Assembly (NCBI RefSeq): GCF_006345805.1
Contig: NC_043012.1
Location: 28,954,001-29,018,000, forward strand
Length of the DNA stretch: 64,000 nt
Source of the DNA: Octopus sinensis
Taxonomy: Eukaryota
Direction of reading: 5' to 3'
Within the stretch, counting starts at the first letter, position 1; each line of letters starts with the position of its first letter. The notes below the pieces were generated by a model, which saw nothing but the letters and a program-made list of their open reading frames with translations, did not search any database and was not told where the DNA came from. The translations under genes and the position numbers were made by a program. Below are positions 55,320-64,000 of this stretch, piece by piece.

Positions 55320-55760
55320 CAGGTCCCTTTCGAGTGCTACTGGTAACATGTAACCCAGTACAACATGTGGCATGGTCGGGTCGTCGGCGACTAAACCGGC
55401 AACCCCACCAAGCTTGCTTGGTGAGGAGGGTGTTTATTGGACACCCTGCGGGAGGAAAAACAAAACCCGTCAAAGGGCAGAGGAACTCTTGAGAGTCAAC
55501 GGCCAACCAATAAATGTCTTAAGGCTGTATCATGCGCGGGGACATGGAAATAATCGGACTGAATACCCGATCACGCGGTTAAACCATTGGGAGTGAAGGA
55601 CTCCTAGCCTTTGTTAGGGCATCCTTCTAGGAGAAGGTAACTCAGGTAACTGGGATAACTCCGACATAAAACCTGCGACTCAGTGGTTACCGATGATGTT
55701 GACTTGTCCTTCTTTTCGGATTATGGCTGCTGCTGCTTAGTGAGTAGGGTTGACTCAGTG
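55320..55760 (+). mobile_element. Probable RTE-type LINE 5' UTR remnant
   Basis: Contains CCTTCTAGGAGAAGGTAACTC..AAAACC, resembling the conserved CTAGGAGAAGGAAAACTC motif of RTE 5' ends (recalled resemblance, not searched). Confidence 0.4.
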
Positions 55761-55895
55761 CACAGCCTTTCCTCACTAAAAAAAAATATATTCTTGCACA
55801 GGCATTGCACGATAACAACATTGATTAAGCTTCGTGCAATGGCCATACTCGATAACGAGGGGGCAGCCACCGTGTATACATACACACAACACACA

Positions 55896-55926
<31 letters not shown>

Positions 55927-55928
55927 AC

Positions 55929-55962
<34 letters not shown>

Positions 55963-56124
55963 ATATATATGTATATGTATATATATATGTATATATATAT
56001 ATATGTATATATATGTATATATATATATATGTATATATATGTATATATGTGTATATGTGTATATATATATGTATATATATATGTGTGTGTGTATATATAT
56101 ATATATGTATATATGTATGTATAA

Positions 56125-56217
<93 letters not shown>

Positions 56218-56224
56218 GTGTGTG

Positions 56225-56290
56225 TATGTGCATATTTGTGTGTCTGTGTTTGTCCCCGCACCATCGCTTGACAACCGATGTTGGTGTGTT
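56225..56290 (+). mobile_element. SINE family A internal fragment
   Basis: GTGTTTGTCCCCGCACCATCGCTTGACAACCGATGTTGGTGTGTT. Confidence 0.8.
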
Positions 56291-56985
56291 CACATTAATT
56301 TTTTTCATAACGATAATGGAAGTGACAAAGAAGCGTATTCGGTATATTTTGCTTTATGAGTTCAATAAAGACAACAGTGCAACGGAATGTGCGAGGGATA
56401 TTTATGCAGTATATGGGGATCGGACAATAAGCATAAGCCAGTGTCAACAGTGGTTCCAGAAATTCCGAGCCGGAAACTACAGCCTCGAGGACGAACCTCG
56501 TCCTGGAAGATCTGTAGAGCTCGACGAGGTCGTCCTGCAAACCGTGGTGGAACAAAATCCCATCGTAACTGTTGAAGAACGAACAGAGAAGCTTTGATTT
56601 TGACATTCAACCATTCATCGACACCTGCATACCATCGGAAAAGTCCGCAAATTGGTTTCAAGACGAAAGATGTTCTTCCATCAGGATAATGCTCGGCCAC
56701 ATATAGCTAGGATGGAATTCCAAAGGCTGGAGCAGTTTGAATGGCAGACGGTGCCCCACCAACAATATTCGCGAGACATTGCCCCATCTGATTGTCATTT
56801 ATTCTCAGTCTTCAAAAACATTTGGACGGAAAAAATATGAATTCTGTAGACAAGGCCAGAACAGTACTGGCGGAGTATTTTTCATCGCGGACAAGGGAAT
56901 TTTGGAAGAGGGGTCTTGCATGTCTACCAGATAGATGGAAGAGCACTCTAGAAAGTGAAGGAGAGTATATTTTAGATAAAAAAGA
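56291..56985 (+). mobile_element. Internally deleted mariner transposase pseudogene
   Basis: ATG at 56316: [44 protein letters not shown]; TGA at 56595; jumps to FHQDNARPH..YSRDIAPSDCHLF..FWKRG..LPDRW; the first catalytic D region is missing. Confidence 0.92.
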
Positions 56986-57099
56986 TAAATGTATTGTAAA
57001 TGCACAAACGAAAAACAAACACAGAATGTTAAGTTAAAAGACATTAAATGCACAACGAACGAAAAACAGACACAGAATGTCCTAATTCCTTATCAGTTA

Positions 57100-58830
57100 T
57101 TGACCAAAGAATATGACACACGAAATCGCGTTATGCAACAATGCGAGAGACCATAACTAATAAGGGAGAGCTGGCAAAGACCAATACAATTATGAAAGTG
57201 ATACAAATCAATTTGCTGGAGATTTCAACGGTAAAGGACACACCCATCAGAGATAAAGACAAAGAAACTGCAGATTGAGACAGAGATATTAAAGACGGAA
57301 AATATCAGGTGATGTTTAATTTTAAGAAAATGGATTTACTGAAACTGGTGCAGAAAACAAGAACTGTAAACTGGTTTTTAAAGTATATACATTGAAACAC
57401 TATCACAGAAACTAATAGTTTTATGAAGTCAGAAAATATATGATTTGAAGCTAGATGTCTACTAAGCAATGGGAAGAGATAAAACTAAAGGATGAACAAT
57501 GACCCGTGGTGGAAGAGGAAGATTCTTGGACAAATAAAATGGACGCGGGGTGGGGATTTGTCAGTACTAGACAGAAGAAGAAAAAGGGAACTGCAAAATC
57601 ATTGCAAGTATAGCATTCTGAAAGTTAGTTTCGATATTGATTTCAAAGGGTTACCGACAGTAATCCAGGAATAAAAGTGGTATGCGTAAACCAACAGAGC
57701 AAAAATCACACAATACAGACAAAACAGACACTTCGAATTAGACCGAAACAGATTTTACCAGAAAACAAACATACACGTACCACACATTCAGTGGGAAGTC
57801 AAAGAGTTTGGGAGAGAGAAATCACGCAACACTAACACAAACTGGCAATGCAATATGAGAGACACCATGGAAGAGGATATTAAGATAAGCAAGGAAGGTG
57901 TTCAACGTGTCGGGAGAGATATAAACAAGAAAAGAGGCAGGCTCAGATGGTGAAAAGCTGGAAGTGAGTTCAAGGAAAGAAAAACTCAGCTCAAACATCT
58001 TCTTTTTATGGACTACTTGAAGCTTTATGTGAGGGACGAAAACCAGATGAATTCACTAAATCACGCAGTGCTTTCCTTTAGCGTTGATATTAGAAAGGAA
58101 TTTGGCTGTAAAAGTGTATGCTGATTCTAAAAAGTCCAAGTGGTTAGTGTGAAAGTACCCACAGGGAGGTCATGAAGGGGATTGACAAGTAGGGATACAA
58201 GTATTTGAGAATATTGGAAGTAGATGAAATGATGAAAATCCAAATGAAGAAGTTGAGATTGATTTTGAAAACTAATCTGAATGGAAGATTTAAGCAAAAA
58301 CCCACCGAAAACCTGAAACAGAGGCCCAGGAATAAGTTGAGAACAGAATGGATCATTCTGCGGAATCTGGCAAATACGGAATGTATGGTGAAATGAATAG
58401 ACAGTATGGCATATTTTGAGCCAATGCAGCAAAATGACTTTATGTCCCAATGTGATCATGGAATCGAACAACAGAAACCCAATATTGTTCTGGGAGAAAA
58501 AAAAAGGAAAATCTTGCCTGATCATAAGATATCGCTTGCTCTGGAGACAATAGAATCTCTGAAAAAGGAGAAAAACTGACGAGACATGAAGCTCTGAAGA
58601 GAGAAAAAAAAACTATGGTCAAGGAAAAGGAGTAGATAGTGCCAATAATAGCTGTTTACGTATATACAATGATCAAAGAAATTAAAAATAGGCCGGAAAG
58701 ATTGGCATAAAAATCTAAATAGATCAATTTCAGAAAGCAGCATTACTTAGCAAAATCTTAGAGACTTGCAAAGAACATACCACTTTAGTTCATGAGAAGC
58801 AAACAGCACCTTCGAAAACAAGCTGTGTAG
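57100..58830 (+). mobile_element. Decayed R4/Dong-clade non-LTR element (RT plus REL endonuclease)
   Basis: KHLLFMDYLKLYVRDENQMNSL..FSVDIRKEFG (about 57995), YKYLRILE, DIACSGDNRISEK, QFQKAALL; ends in (AAT)n. Left boundary approximate. Confidence 0.85.
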
Positions 58831-58831
58831 A

Positions 58832-58964
<133 letters not shown>

Positions 58965-60409
58965 TCAACAATTGAGGTATGCGTTTTAAGGTTACCACCA
59001 GCCAGATGGTAGCTATACTTGGAACAACTCGTGTGTTGAAGAAAGTGTTGCGTCTCTAAGCTGCAGGGTAGAGCTGAGACGTGACATAGATATAGATAAA
59101 TCAGTTAAGTGAATAAAAATAAAAATGATAATAATGATAATAAAAGAAAGTAAGAATGAAACCTAAACATTCTATTCAATGAAAACAAGCACCATAAACA
59201 GATAAAAACTTATGCATCTAATAAATCGCACTAAACATTCTACATTTATAGTGCAAACCGCCTAAGATTTTATATTCGTAATTCATATGCATACAAGCGA
59301 ATGTCATTTGTGGTTGAATAAGACGCTTTGAAATAGGAGGTGGTATAGTTGGTGAAGAATTTTTTTAAAGGGTAAGTGCTGCTCTGACAATAACCAGACA
59401 GTTGCTAACAGTCATATATCAAAATATAACAACGAGGTTCTCAAAATCAGCAGCTTTCCTCCTTTCTGTTTAGAAATTTATATTCTCCGGAGTAGATGAA
59501 ATCTTAAGGTTTTACACAGCAACAAATCCAAATTAATGTACACAAATATTCACACACTTGCATACGTATACAAGCACACATACACATATAAGGCAAATAA
59601 CATATATGTATGAATGGATGCATACTTGGTTAGATAGCAAGTAAAGAAGTAAAAAAAAACACTTTAGGTATAATAGAAAGCCAGTAGCCCAGGAGATAAA
59701 AATATCAAATAAAGAAATGGAAAACAAGGTCGCTGGACGGACAATTAATGATGGAATTAAATACCTTGTCATTCAGATTAGATACGTTAGAATTTCTTAC
59801 AGAGTAGCTCGACCTACAAAAATTTCATGTCCCTTTTTCCAAGACTCTCTCTTCTCTTGTAAACTTTCATTGCATTTTTCTTTAATCTATATTTCTTCTC
59901 CACTTTTCCCTTACATATGGTTGAATTCTCTTTTGTCGTACACATTCCTTTTAGCTTCTCGTAAGTCGTCTAGTGCTACACTTATTTTACAAAATCAAAA
60001 GAAATAAATGGTTAGTAGCAGAGAGCAATTATTTGCGCGAAGACATACACATTAAATAATTAAGGTTTTATAAAAACAATTTTTTTTCATTCATTTGGAA
60101 AGAAATGACATTCTTCACAGTTACGTCCTTACCATTAACTACTACAGCCAGCATTCAACCCCACCACTTTGATATATTTACCTTTCACTCTACTGCATAA
60201 ATTTTCTTTCTTATATTCCTACCAATTGAACAGCAGGCAACTACAATGTGCCGGATCATATTCTGTATAGCGTTCCTTATTCCTCCTCTCTCCCACTCAC
60301 TGTTATCACCTCCTTCAGAAGAGAGCGTAAGTAGAAAGTAACTAAAGAATAAAACTTCGAACAAAGTTTTAATTTAAAGCAATCAAGTTTTAATTAAATA
60401 TTCTGTCGA

Positions 60410-60453
<44 letters not shown>

Positions 60454-60474
60454 TTATACACACATACGTACTTG

Positions 60475-60900
60475 GAATTTGCAAAAAAACAAAAAAACGA
60501 AAACAGGTGTGTAAATATAAAACAGGTATATAAGTTTAACGCTCGGGAAAGTGAGAAAATATTTTGCGTTTCGAGCCTCTGCTCTTCAACAGAAGGGAAC
60601 ATGAGAAAATAAACAGAGAGAGAATAAAAAGAGAAGGCTTTATTAGCTAGTCAATCATGGTGATGGCCGGACAGTGCTGGTCAGACAGGGGAGCTAGGAA
60701 GAAGGGGAGATAATAAAGTAGTGGTGATCCCAAAATGAAGGAGCGCGTGCGTGTGTATGTGAGAGCGTGTGTGCGTGTGGTTAGGGGCTGGTGACCTTGA
60801 TGCGTGGGTGTGTGCATGTGTTGGTGTATAGATGATGGTGTGGGTGCTGGGAAGTGGTCACTGTGCAGGGTTGTAGGATGTGGTGTGGTGTTGTGAGAAT
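60475..60900 (-). mobile_element. PLE 3' UTR and terminal repeat, same family as 40445
   Basis: Colinear homology with 40500-40870; HHR at 60561-60597 reads CTGTTGA-A-GAGC-AGAG-GCTC-GAAACGCA (U16.1 lost). Confidence 0.85.
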
Positions 60901-61474
60901 TGCCCAGTGAAGACCTCTATAAAATATAAGCACAACTCACTTGATAATATGATTTAGGATAGAGAAGAGAAACTGTGCACAGTTGTAGTAATTAGCTGCC
61001 CAGCGGATGTTAACGTAAAGCTAAAGATCAGTGAAAAAGAGAATACCTGAGCAAATTCAAAGACTACAGATCCAATCCATCAATGGAACTGTAAAAATCT
61101 GTACAACTTTCCAGAAGTTTATCATTTAAATATATATGAGCTTGTCTAGATATGCAATTATATGCTTGAGAATACACACACAAAGCAAAGCATACAAATC
61201 TGCACATGTACATACATACATAATACATAATACATACATACATACATACATACATAAATACATACATACATACTTGTACTAACGTATATACAAGCATACA
61301 TGTTATTTACGCGCATGTGCGGAAAATCGGAGTGTGGCATCGAGTGCGTAGTCTCAGTTATCGTCTCGTTAGTATACTTGCAGGATATACATTGCTATGA
61401 TCATATGTGTAACGTGATGAGAAGTCTAAGTAATGTGTGTGTAATGCATATATATACAAATATATCTATGTATA

Positions 61475-61506
<32 letters not shown>

Positions 61507-61914
61507 AACACTCACATATATTTATGTGTGCGTGCGTTCGTGTATGTGAGTGTTGGTGTGTGGGACCATGTATAAGTATATTCATTTAACAAAATAAATA
61601 TATATCTTAGCTGGACATATTGTGTCGTACTACAGGAAATCAGAATTAACATTTTTAAAGACTAGAATTATATTTAGGAAGTAATGCATTTAATTAGAAA
61701 CAATTCAAATTGCTATTTTAAAAATTGGACGCAAATATAATGTTTATGATTAATTTATTGTGGTAAATGTTGGTGTAAAGAACAGATCTTTCAATAAAGG
61801 AAAACCTGACGTATGCTAGCAGAACATTATTTATCTATCTTATCAGAAATGCCACTGTAGTTTGGCAAATGTCATTTGATAAGAATTATATTGGTTTCAA
61901 AATTTGGCATATGG

Positions 61915-62036
61915 TCAACTGGTACTTATTTTGTCGACCCCAAAAGGGTGAAAGGCAATATCGGAATCTGAAATCAGAATGAAATGCCACTAAGCATTTG
62001 CCCGGCGTGCTAACAATTCTGTCAGCTCGCCGCCTT
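61915..62036 (-). mobile_element. SINE family C, partial
   Basis: ACTGGTACTTATTTTGTCGACCCCAAAAGGGTGAAAGGCAA..CCCGGCGTGCTAAC..CAGCTCGCCGCC. Confidence 0.85.
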
Positions 62037-64000
62037 GACTTGATATAGAATATATGTAAAGTAACTTATAACAAAGGTGCTAAGTTTGCTGCAGTGTTTA
62101 AATTACAAAGATATTGTTCCGTATTTTAAAGCGAATATGGTACAATCATTTGAATTACTTCACTAGTCTAACAACTAACACCTATATAATAGACGGTAAT
62201 TCTAAATTTCGATACGCAGAATTAACCAAAACATTGGCTTATGGCTGAATACTGGTCAACTAACTAATAATTTGAAACTTCCACGTATTTATCGAGAGAG
62301 ATGTATAGTCATTATAAGTCAACAGACTGATTAGTACATATATCATTGAACCTCAAGGTTGATAAAAGCCGAAGTGAACTCAGAGCAAAGCGGTTCGAAA
62401 GAAAACGATTTAAAGTATTTTGTCTGTCGCTTTGCTGCTTCTGTTATTGTCTTGTTTTACATAGGTTTACATATATTATATCATATCTTGATACTGTGTC
62501 GGCTGAGAACTCCGTTGACATGCCACCGATATTAAAGTGTTAAATACTTATGGTATGCAAATTAGTAGCGTCAGCTCTCTGGTGCTGCTGGGTTTGTTCT
62601 GTATATAAACAGAATAGCTACTTATCTCTCCAGTATTGGTTAAGTGATGTAGACATCTGTGTTGAAAATAGAACAAGCTGAGAAAATCGATTAAGGCTGT
62701 TTATCCCTTTTTCAATCTACGTGGAAGTAGTTAATCTACCATGTTTCGATGGTTCCAATCCTCCGTTAATTTTTTTTTCTTCACTTATGCAAAACATACC
62801 AAGAATTCTTGATAGCTGTGCCAAGTTAAAAATGAAACCATATTTATTTAGGCAAAGAATCATAAGCACATGTGTGCAATAGTGTAATACACAAGATATA
62901 GATACCATTTCCAAAGTACGTTTTCCACAAATACATAATAAATACACTCCTTATTGTCACAATATCGAGACGAAGAAGATACAGAGAGATGAATACAATT
63001 TTGTCTTCCGCAATACATATAGTAGCAGGAAGGGCACTAGACCTTCTAAGAATAGTACAGTAAATACCATACATATTTTGTTACCTCGTGGTAATGCAAG
63101 AAATCAATATCTGGCAAATTTGTTTCAACATTTTTTCTCTTTACGTGTAGATACTGTACGCACATACACACAAACATACTCAGGAATACACATAAATTCA
63201 CAAACGCAAGCAGAAGCATATGTGATGTCTATATGAGCATTTTGTTGTTGATTCTACTCACCATTTTCTCCTGATTTTATTTGTTCTCTCACCAAGCCAT
63301 TTATACATATTTCATTGTATGAAAAGTTAGTTCCCACAGAGGAATACTTCTTCAGCGAATTAACCAATCACATTTCAACATTACATTGCCATCACCGCTG
63401 GTCATTCATTTTCCAGCTCATTCATCATCGCCGGCTCTTTATAACGCTTAGAATACTTAATAAGTCCCTCCCTATAAATACTACTGCGGAGCGGATTTTA
63501 ATGGCACTCATAACATTTTCTCCTTCCAAAAACAAAAACAAAAAAAGAAATCACTAAGCCTCTGGGAAACCTGTCTAAAGTTCTAACTCCGCAAACACCA
63601 AAGTAGCTATGTAACTACCAAGGCTATAAGCGTAAACTTCAACATCGTAATCACAAGCAGCATCACAACCGTTTTTCATCAACACTACTAACATCACCAC
63701 TTTCAAACACTAATTTAAACAATCGAGTCGAATAATAAACACAAAACTGAAGTTGTAAATTACATCCAGATCTATCATAATTGTTAAATATATAAACAAA
63801 ATTATATCAATGAACAAATAAAACAGTAAAAAGTGTCGATGGTTGGTGAGTAATGACGTCGCTAAACTGGTATGCTGGACAATGTTCACAAGTGCTAGCT
63901 TGGCGGGATGTAAAACGATAAATAGTTATAAGGATGATTCTAAAAGTTTCCAAGAACGTAAAATCTGCCCTCATAAAAAGGATTTCTTCCCTTAAAAAAT

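Noticed and set aside
55683-56597. 304-aa ORF
   Set aside because: Read-through of microsatellite and SINE into the mariner N-terminus; the real start is 56316.
63364-63510. CCAAT plus TATAAATA promoter-like pair
   Set aside because: Loose spacing, no Inr, no downstream gene in the window.

Overview
AT-rich, microsatellite-dense eukaryotic DNA. The SINE, LINE and microsatellite repertoire suggests an octopod cephalopod genome (inference from family resemblance, not searched). I find no recognisable host protein-coding gene; nearly all long ORFs in the track come from microsatellites or transposon remnants. Contents: Helitron pieces (a 5' part with decayed RepHel, plus one complete 911-bp non-autonomous copy), four tRNA/retroposon-type SINE families, two decayed mariners, LINE remnants (CR1-group, RTE-like, R4/Dong-like) and Penelope-like element (PLE) remnants with GIY-YIG or RT. 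The strongest unexplained signal is about a dozen hammerhead-ribozyme (HHR) motifs, mostly in short elements abutting (TA)n. Several have recurrent non-canonical cores (A6U, A9C, G3:C8 swap), and three sit in fold-back/TIR architectures (22.8, 27.3, 33.4 kb). A second oddity is a pure 1868-bp (CT)n flanked by a perfect 107-bp direct duplication. Boundaries of decayed elements are approximate.
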